A DNA stretch of 63,949 nucleotides, filler included, from an uncultured bacterium (GCA_964429075.1; 13 parts of 13 records of this genome joined end to end with filler, not necessarily neighbours in it), one strand, 5' to 3'; positions 40,200 through 55,331 are shown, counted from the whole stretch's first letter. Notes: generated from the letters alone by a model not told the origin. Made by a program: numbers and translations.

Positions 40200-42650
40200 A
40201 TGCTAAAAAGATTATCTGGCATAGCCATATTTATTGTTGTGCAGATGACAATACTTTTGTTTGTCTGTGGTTTATTCTTTTATATCTACCTATATTCTAC
40301 CCTACCGGCTTTGACAAAGTTAAAGGACTACAACCCACCAGAAGAGACGATTGCCTATTCGATAGAGGATTATCCTATTGCTGTTTTTGCTTATGAAAGA
40401 AGACAGGTAGTTCCATACAATTGGATACCTAAAAAACTTATAGAAGCCTTTATTGCAGGTGAAGATGCATCTTTTTTCAAACACAGAGGAATTGATATAC
40501 AAGGCATAATCAGGGCTGCGATAAAAAATATTAAGGCCGGAAGGATAGTTCAGGGGGGTAGCACCATAACTCAACAGGTTGCAAGGACGCTCTTGAGTAG
40601 GAAAAAGAACTTTATAAGAAAGGCAAAGGAGGCCATTTTGGCAATGAGCCTCGAGAGTCACTTTACAAAAAATCAGATACTATATCTTTATCTCAATCAG
40701 ATCTACCTGGGTCATGGTGCCTATGGTGTTCAGGAGGCGAGCCGAATATACTTTGATAAAAACGTCTGGGAGTTAGATCTTTCTGAGATGGCGGTATTGG
40801 CAGGTCTCCCTCAAGCACCTTCAGTCTACTCTCCATTTGTGAATCCAGAAGAGGCAAAAAAGCGACGCAACTATGTCTTAAAAAGGATGCTTGATGTTGG
40901 TTTTATAACTAAGGATGAGTATGAGGATGCAATAAACGAGGAGATCAGGGTGAGGGGGAGACGTGAGGATTATACTGAAAAAGTCCCATATTTTGCTGAA
41001 TATATCAGGAGAAAGACAAAGGAGTTGTTTGGAGAAGATCGCCTATATGGAGGTGGATTGAAGATATATACAACATCAAGCATTCAACTTCAGCTTGCTG
41101 CCCAGAGGGCCTTGAAAAATGGTCTTATCAGGCTTGACAGACGCCAGGGATACAGAGGGCCTCTATTTAAGATTAACCTTAAAGACCTCGATGCATTTTT
41201 GAGGGCATACAGGCGTGTGTATGGAAATGAATATCCGTCGATTGGCAAACAGTACATAGGTGTTGTTACAGATGTTAATGATGATAAACAGATAGTTAAA
41301 GTAAGGGTAGGAGATTATGAGGGTGTTATACCAACTTCAGATATTAGATGGGCAAGGAAACCCGATCCAACTGTATACTGGGCATCGGTAAGAATAAACA
41401 GACCATCTGAGGTCTTGAGTCCTGGAGATGTGATTCTTGTCAGAAGAGTAAAGAGAGCAAAACTATTTGCAGAGGATGCACCCTGGTTAAATAAGATGAT
41501 ACCAAAAGAGGGCATCCTTTTCAGTCTTGATCAAGAGCCTGTTGTTGAAGGCGCTCTTTTTTCTGTTAACGCAAAATATGGTTACATAGAGGCAATGGTG
41601 GGTGGTCAGAATTATATGAAAACAGAGTACAACCGTGCCTATCAGGCATGTAGACAACCCGGTAGTAGCTTTAAACCGATCATCTACCTTACCGCCCTTA
41701 AGGATTATAAAATGACCCAGGCATCGGTTTTGCTTGATGCTGCAATTGCAATAGATAGTAGACAGCAGAAAATGAGATGGACTCCAAAGAACTATGGCAA
41801 TGAATATCGTGGCCAAATAATCCTGAGAGAGGCACTTGTACACTCTATGAACAATCCTACGATCAGATTGTTGCAATCTATGGATATTAACAAGGTGGTA
41901 GAAAATGCCTATAAATTGGGTATTACCACAGAATTAAAGAAAAACCTATCACTTGCACTCGGCGCATCCTGTGTGACACTATATGATCTCATTAAGGTAT
42001 ATTGTGTCTTTAATAGGTTGGGTAAGGAGGTAAAACTGACAGCTATCAGGAGGATCTATTCAAGGGATCATGAGGTAATATACGACAGGACCGTTCTTGG
42101 GGATCCTCTTCTTAATTTCAAAGAGCAGATTGCAAAGGGATACTATATCTTGAATCATCCCACAAAACAGCTCTTTGGTGAAAAGACAGTATACCTAGTG
42201 CATAATATGCTGGAGGGAGTGGCAACTTACGGAACCGGTGCACAGGCTTCATCTCTTGGTGTACCTGTGGCCGGCAAGACAGGGACAACAAATGACTATT
42301 TCGACGCACTCTTTATGGGATATACAAAAGATATTGTAACAGGTGTATGGGTTGGCTTTGATATCCCCAATAAACCTCTGGGGGTAGGGGAAACAGGCAG
42401 CAGGGCAGCCCTTCCTATATGGCTTGAATATATGAAAAAATCAATTATAAATAGATCACAAAAAGAGTTTTACATACCAGATGGAATCGTATTTGAATAT
42501 GTAGACAAACGTAGTGGTTTCAAAGTAAAAAATAAAGATGTATGGACGGTCAAGGCGGCATTTATAGAGGGGACAGAACCAGAGCAGGAAGAGGTTGGAA
42601 AAGATAAGGTGAGCCCAAGTGAATTATTAATAGAAGATGGTGAATTATAG
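40200..42650 (+). CDS. mrcA: Penicillin-binding protein 1A (transglycosylase/transpeptidase)
   Basis: EDASFFKHRG, QGGSTITQQ, YLNQIYLG, GSSFK (SxxK), SMN, KTGT. Confidence 0.93.
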   Translation: MLKRLSGIAIFIVVQMTILLFVCGLFFYIYLYSTLPALTKLKDYNPPEETIAYSIEDYPIAVFAYERRQVVPYNWIPKKLIEAFIAGEDASFFKHRGIDIQGIIRAAIKNIKAGRIVQGGSTITQQVARTLLSRKKNFIRKAKEAILAMSLESHFTKNQILYLYLNQIYLGHGAYGVQEASRIYFDKNVWELDLSEMAVLAGLPQAPSVYSPFVNPEEAKKRRNYVLKRMLDVGFITKDEYEDAINEEIRVRGRREDYTEKVPYFAEYIRRKTKELFGEDRLYGGGLKIYTTSSIQLQLAAQRALKNGLIRLDRRQGYRGPLFKINLKDLDAFLRAYRRVYGNEYPSIGKQYIGVVTDVNDDKQIVKVRVGDYEGVIPTSDIRWARKPDPTVYWASVRINRPSEVLSPGDVILVRRVKRAKLFAEDAPWLNKMIPKEGILFSLDQEPVVEGALFSVNAKYGYIEAMVGGQNYMKTEYNRAYQACRQPGSSFKPIIYLTALKDYKMTQASVLLDAAIAIDSRQQKMRWTPKNYGNEYRGQIILREALVHSMNNPTIRLLQSMDINKVVENAYKLGITTELKKNLSLALGASCVTLYDLIKVYCVFNRLGKEVKLTAIRRIYSRDHEVIYDRTVLGDPLLNFKEQIAKGYYILNHPTKQLFGEKTVYLVHNMLEGVATYGTGAQASSLGVPVAGKTGTTNDYFDALFMGYTKDIVTGVWVGFDIPNKPLGVGETGSRAALPIWLEYMKKSIINRSQKEFYIPDGIVFEYVDKRSGFKVKNKDVWTVKAAFIEGTEPEQEEVGKDKVSPSELLIEDGEL

Positions 42651-42664
42651 AAAAAGGAGTAGGT

Positions 42665-42997
42665 ATGGAACAGAAAAGGGGACACTTTTTGATACAGAAG
42701 AGGGTTAAATTATACTGGAAATCCCATCCAAAGACAGAGAAAAATACGGATATTACCCTTCGTGGTACTGTACTTGGAATAGATACAGTGGGCATATTGA
42801 TAAAAGGGATCTACACCACTATAAAAAGAGATTTAAAAGAGACAATAGAATATCCAATAAACAACCAGAATAAATTGATCCTTACTCCCTGGTCGTCAGT
42901 AGAGAGGATTGAAGTAATAGAGCCTGGCAGTGAGGATGCTCGAAGGGATAAATTGATTACAAGTGGTGAAATATTAAAACAACATCTAAAGGGTTGA
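42665..42997 (+). CDS. Hypothetical protein, possible Sm/LSm-like beta-barrel
   Basis: SD AGGAG; pattern KRVKLYW...LRGTVLGIDTVGILI...LILTPWSSVERIEVI. Confidence 0.55.
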   Translation: MEQKRGHFLIQKRVKLYWKSHPKTEKNTDITLRGTVLGIDTVGILIKGIYTTIKRDLKETIEYPINNQNKLILTPWSSVERIEVIEPGSEDARRDKLITSGEILKQHLKG

Positions 42998-43000
42998 GCC

Positions 43001-43651
43001 GTGTTTCAAGCAGTAAGATTATATATACTTGAAGACGATGTTAATTATGTCAGAAATCTGATAAGATTTTTTGATAAGAGTGATGAAATTAAGGTTGTAG
43101 GATATGCAACCTTTTACAAGGCCTTTAAAGAAAATCTTACCGTAAAAAATGCAGATGTATATCTGATAGATATTGAATTACCGGATGGCAATGGAATAGA
43201 GGCTACAAGGTTGATAAAGGAATTAGATCCTCATAATGAAGTCTTGATCTTGACCACATTTGAGGATACTGATAAGCTCTTTGAGGCAATAAAAGCAGGT
43301 GCTTCAGGATATATACTCAAAGGGATTGGCTTCAAGAGAATAAAGGCTGCAATTTTTGATGTTGCTCAGGGTGGTGTTGTCATCGAGCCAAAACTTGCAA
43401 AGAGGATATGGAATCATCTATCTTCTAGCGGAATAGACAAAGATACTGATGTGCCTGAACTTGATGTAAGGGAACTTGAAGTATTAAAGCTCGTAGCAAA
43501 GGGGCTAACTAATGCAGAGATAGGTGAGGTCATGAACCTTCAATGGCGTACTGTAAAGACAGTGCTTTCACGACTCTACAGAAAATTTGGCACAAGCTCG
43601 CGGGTAGAACTTGTATCAAAGGCACTAAAAAAGGGACTAATTGAGATTTAA
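43001..43651 (+). CDS. NarL/LuxR-family response regulator
   Basis: REC domain (LEDD, LIDIELPDGNG, LTTF, GASGYILK) plus LuxR HTH (RELEVLKLVAKGLTNAEIG). Confidence 0.93.
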   Translation: MFQAVRLYILEDDVNYVRNLIRFFDKSDEIKVVGYATFYKAFKENLTVKNADVYLIDIELPDGNGIEATRLIKELDPHNEVLILTTFEDTDKLFEAIKAGASGYILKGIGFKRIKAAIFDVAQGGVVIEPKLAKRIWNHLSSSGIDKDTDVPELDVRELEVLKLVAKGLTNAEIGEVMNLQWRTVKTVLSRLYRKFGTSSRVELVSKALKKGLIEI

Positions 43652-44685
43652 GATAGCTGCGAATTTAAAAAAGAATTTAAAAAATCTTCCAATCTTCCTA
43701 AATTATTAAAGAAATCAATGTTATTTTCGGGGTTATATACAAAAAAACCGGGATGCAAGATTTCTTTGCTGTGGTTTAATGGCCTGTATAGTCTGTCAAC
43801 AGAATTTATTGTTGAATTGTATTCAATCTTTTTATTGTCTACCATAAGATCTGTTTTTTGATAATCGAGTGGATTTGGTATGAAAATCACTTTTTTTGTG
43901 TCAAATTTTACATTATCTGAGGTATATATATTTATTGTTGACTCAAATACAATTTTATTAACTGTGGCTGAATACATCTCAATGTTAGTTTCATTCAGTT
44001 TTTCAATTAACATCTTCATAATTGAAATACCAAAGATAGGACTTGTAAGACTGAGAAGAGTTCTTAGAATTTTGTCTTTTTCCTGTAGAATTTTTGATAT
44101 AACTTTAAAAAAATCCATATTAAAATATGGTGGTATGAGTATAGTATCAAATCTTGCTTTTTTGCCATGACTTAAAAGCTCTTCTATGAGAGCATCTTTT
44201 ACGCTTGCTGAGAGATCCTGAGACAAAAGATACATCCTGTTTGAAACAAAGGATCTTATGGGATTTAATCCACTGACTGGTAGTACCTCTACTTCAATTC
44301 CTCTATGCTTCATACCCTTGATTGCAAGGTCTATCATCCAGGATTTGAAGTTGAGGGGATAAAATATTGATACTCCATTATCTATATTATCTTGATTGCA
44401 GATAGAAATACTTCCTTCATACTCTCTGTATTTACCAATTTCATTGAAAAGGTATTTTTTTTCATCAAAGATCACAACTTTTAAAAGAGGATCATCAAGT
44501 AGACTGTTCAGAATATTTATTTCCTCTTTGCTGCAGCCTATCTCTTCAATTCCACCACAGAATAGCAGGTCGATGTTTCCTCCTGTTAACAAAAGCAGTA
44601 TGTTCTTTTGCGGTAACAGTAATTTTAGCCTATAAGTTATATAAATTGCAGTAATACCTGCTCCGATAATAGTAATATCATTCAT
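43648..44685 (-). CDS. Divergent FAD-binding protein resembling anaerobic glycerol-3-phosphate dehydrogenase subunit B
   Basis: DITIIGAGITA, GGNIDLL and SPIFGISI echo GlpB motifs; otherwise poorly conserved. Confidence 0.45.
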   Translation of the reverse strand: MNDITIIGAGITAIYITYRLKLLLPQKNILLLLTGGNIDLLFCGGIEEIGCSKEEINILNSLLDDPLLKVVIFDEKKYLFNEIGKYREYEGSISICNQDNIDNGVSIFYPLNFKSWMIDLAIKGMKHRGIEVEVLPVSGLNPIRSFVSNRMYLLSQDLSASVKDALIEELLSHGKKARFDTILIPPYFNMDFFKVISKILQEKDKILRTLLSLTSPIFGISIMKMLIEKLNETNIEMYSATVNKIVFESTINIYTSDNVKFDTKKVIFIPNPLDYQKTDLMVDNKKIEYNSTINSVDRLYRPLNHSKEILHPGFFVYNPENNIDFFNNLGRLEDFLNSFLNSQLS

Positions 44686-44878
44686 TGNNNNNNNNNNNNN
44701 NNNNNNNNNNNNNNNNNNNNNNNNNNNNNNNTTAATTAATTAANNNNNNNNNNNNNNNNNNNNNNNNNNNNNNNNNNNNNNNNNNNNAAGTTCACGATAG
44801 TCCATCTTTCTTTGATATACCCCCCTTTTTATTTGCTTGCAACCACAAAAGATTTTAAGCTATTAAAGTCTGCCTGCC

Positions 44879-45265
44879 CTACTGTTCCTTTATTAATCTT
44901 AATATAGTCTCCTGCCATCTTTTTTCTTTTAATGATTGAGCAGTTTCGCCCTCTTTTTTTATTCGACGTTCAATTGCATGTATAGATTTTTTTACATGAT
45001 CCTCACTTAATTCATCACTCTTTTTTATATAATCCTCTGTAAAAATCCTTATATGATCCTTAAACACCCATACAATTCCACCTTTTATTGCCACCTTCTG
45101 GCTTTTGTCTGATCTTTTTAAATTTATGATAGAAACAGGTAGAGTTGATATGTAATGTGTATGTGATGGCAGAATACAGATCTGACCTTCATAGGTATTC
45201 ATAACGATTGCATCACACTTGGTATCAAGAGAATCTGATCTTTTCGTTAGTATGGTGAGTCTCAT
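44879..45265 (-). CDS. atpC: ATP synthase F1 epsilon subunit
   Basis: EGQICILPSH, AIKGGIV; last gene of the atp operon. Confidence 0.85.
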   Translation of the reverse strand: MRLTILTKRSDSLDTKCDAIVMNTYEGQICILPSHTHYISTLPVSIINLKRSDKSQKVAIKGGIVWVFKDHIRIFTEDYIKKSDELSEDHVKKSIHAIERRIKKEGETAQSLKEKRWQETILRLIKEQ

Positions 45266-45276
45266 TTCCAGTACCC

Positions 45277-49134
<3,858 letters not shown>

Positions 49135-49142
49135 CTACCTCA

Positions 49143-49603
49143 TCAGGAAATTAAAAGTGATTTGATTCTGTTAAGCTCACCTTTTAGACTAAAATCGTAT
49201 CTTATATTTTTATAATTTAGTATAAACCCACCAAGAATATTTGTGTCTTTTTTAAATTGAAGTTTGAATTTTTTGTTAAAAAACTCCTCTAAAGTATGTC
49301 TGAACCTTTCAGTAACATTGCCATCTGCATCAAAAGGCAACACCACTTCTGCCCTCTCAATGCCCTTTTTCTGTTCATATAGCTGAATAAAGGCATCCTT
49401 TAAATCGTATATTAGATTTATTCTTCCAGCATCTAATACTACCAATAAAAGATTTCTAAAGATTGTTGATGTTTTTAAAAGGCTGCATATATCTTTAATT
49501 ATGGCTCTTCTTTCCTGAGGAGTTGTTATAGGGCTCATTAGAGCTGACCGAAATTCTTTATTTGAATCCAAAAGGGATATTAATACATTGAAATCATTAA
49601 CAA
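49143..49603 (-). CDS. atpH: ATP synthase delta subunit, 5'-truncated
   Basis: SP...ERRAII, ILGGF...YDFSLKGEL; upstream of atpA. Confidence 0.85.
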
Positions 49604-49703
49604 NNNNNNNNNNNNNNNNNNNNNNNNNNNNNNNNNNNNNNNNNNNNTTAATTAATTAANNNNNNNNNNNNNNNNNNNNNNNNNNNNNNNNNNNNNNNNN
49701 NNN

Positions 49704-51439
49704 CCTGGATTTACCGATGCGTCAAAGACAGCCCCTCTTCCACTTAAGCCTATCTCAAGATCTGGATTAATCCTGTCATCGCTATGAATTGTTAGACTGT
49801 TTTGATAGTTGCCAACCGACTGAGGACTGAAGGTAATATTTAGAGTATACTGCGATCCTGGAGCCACAGTAAGGTTGTTAATATCCGGAATGGAAAAAGG
49901 TGTATTCTGGTCTGTCAGATCGATAGAAGATATGTGAAGATCGCTACCACCTGTATTTGAGATAACAAGTGTCTTTACAGACTGTGTGTTTATTGCTGTT
50001 TCACCAAAATCTATTGAGGTCTGATCAACCTCTAAAACAGGTGGTACTATAGCAGTTGCATAGAGATCACATGTTGTCTCAGGTTCATTTGAATCGTTTG
50101 TTGTTATAGTAAGTGTTCCCTGATAGTCTCCTTCTTGTTGAGCCCTGAAAGATAGTCCGATATCCACTTTATCACTCTCCTGGAGTGACACAGGTGGTTG
50201 AGGTTGTATAGAGTCAATGCTAAAGACATCACTACCTGAGCTTAACGACACATCCTGTATCTCAACCCCGAGAGAGGAGATTGCATTGATCGATATCTGA
50301 CCTTCAGCAGAATCTCCAACGTCAACCGTTCCGAAATCTAAAGGACAGCCCTCCAGGCTATAGGTAGTATTTACACCTTCTCCAAGGAGGATAACCTCGT
50401 ACTCTGGAAAATCTTCATCATTACTGCTAATAATTAATTTCTCCTGGTGGGTGCCTTCTGTAGATGGAGAAAAGGTAACATCTATCTTCAGTGCAGTGCT
50501 CTGATCTATCTCACCTTCAAAGGTGTTTAAATAAACAGGTAGCTCTGAATCGGTGGTTACAGTAAAGTTTGTGCTTGAGAGTGGATCGGTCCTTACCTCA
50601 TCAACCTCTAAGAAGGCATTGCCAGAACCAAGATTAATAACATAAAAGCTTATAGTCTTTGTTGCACCAACAGGTAGTGTCCCAAAATCGAGTTCGTTTA
50701 CGTTTGACTGTGAATCGTTGGGGTCTTTCAATGCTGTAAATTTTGGATTTCCTTTGATACTGCTCACAAGAGGTACCCTTATAAGGCCCTCAGGATCGTT
50801 ACTTGAGATGAGGAGGTTGTCGGCAAGTTCAGTAGGTGGTGGCTCTGGTGTATAGGTAAGTGATATGGTGTAGCTTTCGTTTGTCTTAATGGTGATATTA
50901 TTTTCAGAAAAGGCATCAGAAGTGACCTCAGTATCGTTTTGATCTTCAAGTTCAAGGGAGTATATAATAAGATCACCCATACCGATATTTGTTATGGTTA
51001 GATCCTCGGTAACAGAAACTCCAAGTCTTATAGAGCCAAAATCAATCTTATTTTTATCAAGGCTGATTCTGGGTTGATTGCTGGATTGGCAGGTGTTGTC
51101 AATACATCTATAACCCGGGTCACAGTCGGAATCACTATTGCAGGATCCTTTGATACAGCTGTTATTTTTACTGCAGATATAACCAGAAGGACAATCGGCA
51201 TCGGCCCTGCAGCCAGAAACACAGTTGTTTTCAATACAAATATTGCCAGAAGGACAGTCTTTATCATCCCGGCAGAAACCTTCAATTATTGGTTTACATA
51301 CATTATCGACACAAATCTGCCCGGTATTACAATCTGAATCAAAACTACATGGTTTGTTTTTAGACGGTTTATTGTCACCACACCCTACAAAAAGAATAGT
51401 AAAGGTAATTATGAACCAGAGTGACAAGACTTTTTTCAT
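49704..51439 (-). CDS. Surface lipoprotein with Cys-rich repeats and tandem ASH/choice-of-anchor-D Ig-like domains, 3'-truncated
   Basis: Lipobox FVGC; four CxxDxDCxxGxxCxxxxC repeats; four IDFG...ISNxG...FSP...SND Ig-like repeats. Confidence 0.82.
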
Positions 51440-51558
51440 CGTATTTTCCTCCTTTTTCAAAACTATTTTATGATATCAATATCTTATTGTCAAATCTTGT
51501 GCTCTTGAACCGGCATACAATCTTTACTGAACAGCCTATTTGTCTTAATATTGACCAG

Positions 51559-52725
51559 ATGGACTGGCGTAATTTTATAAAGATCTTCTGTGCCAACACC
51601 TTTTTGTTTGCCTCGATGAGCATTCTGTTTCCCGTTTTTCCGCTATACCTTGAGAGGCTCGGAGCCGACAAAACCCTTGTTGGAATGGTTATGGGATCAT
51701 TTGCAATAGGTGTTATGGCAACACGTTTCCCTGCTGGCGTTGTGATCCAGAAAACATCAAGGAAGATCTCAATGGTTACAGGAAGTCTGATCTTTTTGAT
51801 AACCCTTCCTCTCTACATTACGATAAAGAATCCCTACTTTTTTCTTCCACTTAGAATTATTAATGGAAGTGGTCTTGCCCTGTACTCAACTGCTGCGATT
51901 ACCTTTGTTGTTGATATTGCCCCATCCAGAAACAGATCCAAGATACTTGGGTATTACGGCATTGCATCTACACTGGCCTCTGTGATAGGGCCCCCAATAG
52001 GACACTATCTTTTTACCAGATTTACAATGAAACCCGTTTTTATATGTTCAACTCTTTTTTCACTTCTGGCCCTGACAATAAGTCTGTTACTACCAAAAAA
52101 GGATGTTCAAGAAAATCAGAATAATGATAAAATCCTGCAGGACAACAATTATAGTGCAGTATTTCAAAACCAGGCCGTTGTGTTATCAACACTATCTTTG
52201 GCTTCATTGACACTCTGTTATGGGGTCATTATTAGCTTTCTGCCCCAGCTTTTGAACACAAAGGCAACAGATCTTAATGCAGGTACTTTCTATCTTATAA
52301 TGTCTCTTGCTATTATTATGACAAGACTACTTTTGGGATGGTTGGGTGATCGTTATCAAAAACCTTTAGTAATGGGCAGTTCTCTTTTGATATATGGGGC
52401 TTCTATGGTCTTGTTGTCTTGGGGCAGCTCATACCCAACTCTATTTATCGCCGCTATTTTTTTGGGACTTGGTTTTGGAAATTTTATGCCCTCAACAAGT
52501 GGATATGTTGCTGAAAATATACCGGCCTATAACAGATCGAGGGCCTATGGTTTTTATCTTATGGCCTTTGATGTAGGTATTTTTATAGGAGGCACACTCT
52601 TTGGTTTTTTGACAAGATTCTTTGGACTTGTTAACGTATTTTGGTTGTGCAGTATACCTGCCTTTATTATGGGTGGTTATCTGATTCTCAGTGCCAGCTT
52701 CTCTTATCTGGCACATCGACGATAA
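51559..52725 (+). CDS. MFS transporter
   Basis: About 12 TMs, FPLYLERLG, IGPPIG, GWLGDRYQK motif A, FDVGIFIGG. Confidence 0.9.
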   Translation: MDWRNFIKIFCANTFLFASMSILFPVFPLYLERLGADKTLVGMVMGSFAIGVMATRFPAGVVIQKTSRKISMVTGSLIFLITLPLYITIKNPYFFLPLRIINGSGLALYSTAAITFVVDIAPSRNRSKILGYYGIASTLASVIGPPIGHYLFTRFTMKPVFICSTLFSLLALTISLLLPKKDVQENQNNDKILQDNNYSAVFQNQAVVLSTLSLASLTLCYGVIISFLPQLLNTKATDLNAGTFYLIMSLAIIMTRLLLGWLGDRYQKPLVMGSSLLIYGASMVLLSWGSSYPTLFIAAIFLGLGFGNFMPSTSGYVAENIPAYNRSRAYGFYLMAFDVGIFIGGTLFGFLTRFFGLVNVFWLCSIPAFIMGGYLILSASFSYLAHRR

Positions 52726-53266
52726 TACTGGCCTTCTCTGCAGGATTAAGGGGAACAATATAAATTGGATGATCAGGGATAGAACGAACATGAGTAGCAG
52801 GTAGTCTTTCAGATGCAAAAGACTTTTTTCTGTAGGTGTTATGATGGATGGGAAAAGGTTTTGTAGATACTGATGTAGCGATCCTGACAGGCACTGGTGG
52901 TTCTAAAAGTCTCTTTTGTGGTGTATACAATTTAATGATGCCGGCTGTAAAGAAAAGAAGAATCAAAACTGCAAATCCCAGACTAAGTGGCAGAGCAAGT
53001 GATAACCTTGGCTGTTTGAGACTATTTTCATTATCAATCTTTTGCATAAGGTCACTGGTAAATCTTGTCCAGTCAACCTCGGGGTGGTTCTTTTTTAAAA
53101 GACCACTAGCATAGAAAATTGCAGAATATTTTCTCGATAGCCTTCTACAGCTACTGCAGTGTTTAAGATGGTTGTTAAGTATCTGATAGTCCTTATGGTC
53201 AAGGCTGTTGAATACAGATTCAATTATCAAATCTTCAATCCTGCTTTGTTCACTACACAAGGCCAT
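52688..53266 (-). CDS. Zinc-binding (zf-HC2) transmembrane anti-sigma factor
   Basis: HLKHCSSC (HxxxCxxC), one TM, overlaps the ECF sigma gene. Confidence 0.82.
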   Translation of the reverse strand: MALCSEQSRIEDLIIESVFNSLDHKDYQILNNHLKHCSSCRRLSRKYSAIFYASGLLKKNHPEVDWTRFTSDLMQKIDNENSLKQPRLSLALPLSLGFAVLILLFFTAGIIKLYTPQKRLLEPPVPVRIATSVSTKPFPIHHNTYRKKSFASERLPATHVRSIPDHPIYIVPLNPAEKASIIVDVPDKRSWH

Positions 53267-53852
53267 CCTCCTCTAACATCTTTCTCAGTCTTTTGATGCC
53301 GTAGTGAAAGCTGACCCTCGCACTCTCTTCTGAGGTGTCAAGGATCTTTGCTATTTCACTGTATGTGAGTGAAGAGTTGAGTCTCAAAAGCAGTATGTCT
53401 CTCTGTAATGAAGGTAGTTCATTCAGATGTAACTCGATTTTATTTTTTAATTCTTTCAGCAGGGTTTTCTGGTATGGAGTCTCTCTAAGATACAAAAAAT
53501 CATCCTGTCCTAATCTCTCTTTTGCCCGTTTTTCTACCTCCTTATGTTTATAGTAATTTCTTGTGGTATTAAGCGCAATTTTATACAACCAGGATCTGAT
53601 AGTGCCCTCACCCCTATATGAATCATAAAACCTGTATGCCTTTAGAAAACATTCCTGAGTAAGATCTAAGGCATCATCCCAGTCATGTACCATAGAAAGT
53701 ATGTAGTGAAAGATCTCTTCTCTATAGGTTGCAACAAGTTCTTTAAAATCGGGACGTTCAAATCTTTTTTTCGTTGAGGAAGATGACTCAATAACAGCCT
53801 CTTTTGAAAACCTCTTTTTTACTCCAAAAAGGATGTCTTCAAGTACCTTCAT
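53253..53852 (-). CDS. ECF RNA polymerase sigma factor
   Basis: DALDLTQECFLKAY, SWLYKIALN (region 2); LTYSEIAKIL...LRK (region 4). Confidence 0.93.
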   Translation of the reverse strand: MKVLEDILFGVKKRFSKEAVIESSSSTKKRFERPDFKELVATYREEIFHYILSMVHDWDDALDLTQECFLKAYRFYDSYRGEGTIRSWLYKIALNTTRNYYKHKEVEKRAKERLGQDDFLYLRETPYQKTLLKELKNKIELHLNELPSLQRDILLLRLNSSLTYSEIAKILDTSEESARVSFHYGIKRLRKMLEEDGLV

Positions 53853-53861
53853 ATGATTAAT

Positions 53862-53884
53862 GACAATAAAGGGGCCAGAAAGTT
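53862..53884 (-). promoter_or_regulatory. Putative autoregulatory ECF promoter
   Basis: AAC-N16-TGTC on the minus strand, ending 9 nt before the sigma ATG; no SD. Confidence 0.45.
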
Positions 53885-53892
53885 AATTTTCC

Positions 53893-54458
53893 TTATTGAC
53901 TGATACAGCCTCCAAAGTCCACACCCTGCAGAGACTGACACTGGTTGGGGCATGGTCTCCCACCATCAGCTGGATTACAGTAGCGCACACAGGTACCTGT
54001 ATTTTGACCCTGTTGTTGTACACAGAAGAGGTTTTTCTCACAGAAGGTGTAGTCTGGATACTGACCACCACAGCTCTGACCCTCCTGTGCACCATTTCTT
54101 GGAATAGAACAGCCACCGGTCATCGATCCATCGGCCTGGTAATAGAGTGCACATACATCTCCATTTGCGCAGGTTGTGTTGTCTGAAAAGATATCACATT
54201 CTGTAAGACAGATGCCATCTGGATCGTCTTTCAATTTAAATAGACAGGTGCCGTTGTTGCAGGATGTATCCTGTTTGGTACATGTTTCAATCTGTGTTGC
54301 ATCTTCACCGCATAAACCAGTATCCTGATTGCATGTCTGATTAGCCGGGCATCCAGAAGTCAGACAACCAAGGACACACTGATTCTGTACACATACTGTA
54401 TCTGGAGGGTTGCAATCTTCCTGGGTAGCACAGGTGTTCTGATCAATTTCGCATCTGC
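53893..54458 (-). CDS. Disulfide-rich extracellular protein, C-terminal fragment
   Basis: Frame open from the contig end: CATQEDCNPPDTVCVQNQCVLGC...CLTECDIF...CVRYCNP...C, with dense Cys repeats. Confidence 0.75.
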
Positions 54459-54558
54459 NNNNNNNNNNNNNNNNNNNNNNNNNNNNNNNNNNNNNNNNNN
54501 NNTTAATTAATTAANNNNNNNNNNNNNNNNNNNNNNNNNNNNNNNNNNNNNNNNNNNN

Positions 54559-55331
54559 CCCTTAGGATGCCTGATAATGTCAAAGTTCCATATATATATT
54601 GCGATGCAGATACCTTATTTGAAAATGATATCATAACCTTTGTTACAGCTTTTAGAGAGCTTGTAGATAAAATAGATCATAATGCAATTATAGTAGGAGA
54701 TTTTCAGAATAGAGATATTGCAGAAGAATATATTAAGAGATGTGGGCTTTCACATCGTATAAAGGTAGTAGGAGAGGTGGGGTATAGGGAAAAACTATCC
54801 TATTTAAAATATGCTTCACTTGCCATATTTTCCGGGCTTGGAAATGAGCCAGGTACTGTGGGTATGTTTTTACAGGCACAGGGTCTTATACTCGAATCGG
54901 CTGCAGTAGAAACACCTATAATAACGGCTGATGAAGGTGCAAATAGGGAATTTATAGACCACGGTGTAAATGGTCTTTTATACAGGCCAGGGGATAAAGA
55001 CTCACTCAAAGATGCGATAATAGAGATAATCGGGAACGATGAACTGAGGGAAGAGATAGTGAGGGTGAATCTCATCAGGTTTACTGAAAAATATTCCAGC
55101 TCTGTTCTTAGAAACAAACTTGTCTCACTATATGGTCTATTTCTGAAGCCTGTTGAGGTTGAATATGCAGACAGAAAGACAAGGACGTACCAGCCTCTTA
55201 AAGAGAGGAAAAGAGCAGGTGATTATACAGATCCATTTGATATAAGAAGGGAGATGATCTTTCCAGATACAAATACAAAGGAGATAGAAACAACCAGTGA
55301 GATAGAAGAAGAGATTACAAAAGTTGAATAA
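54559..55331 (+). CDS. Glycosyltransferase family 4 (GT-B) C-terminal part with acidic tail, 5'-truncated
   Basis: GLILESAAVETPIITAD...EFIDHGVNGLLYRPGD. Confidence 0.75.

Noticed and set aside
51075-51350. Quasi-periodic DNA repeats as a possible CRISPR-like array
   Set aside because: They are degenerate codon repeats of the Cys-rich protein units, with no constant repeat/unique spacer structure
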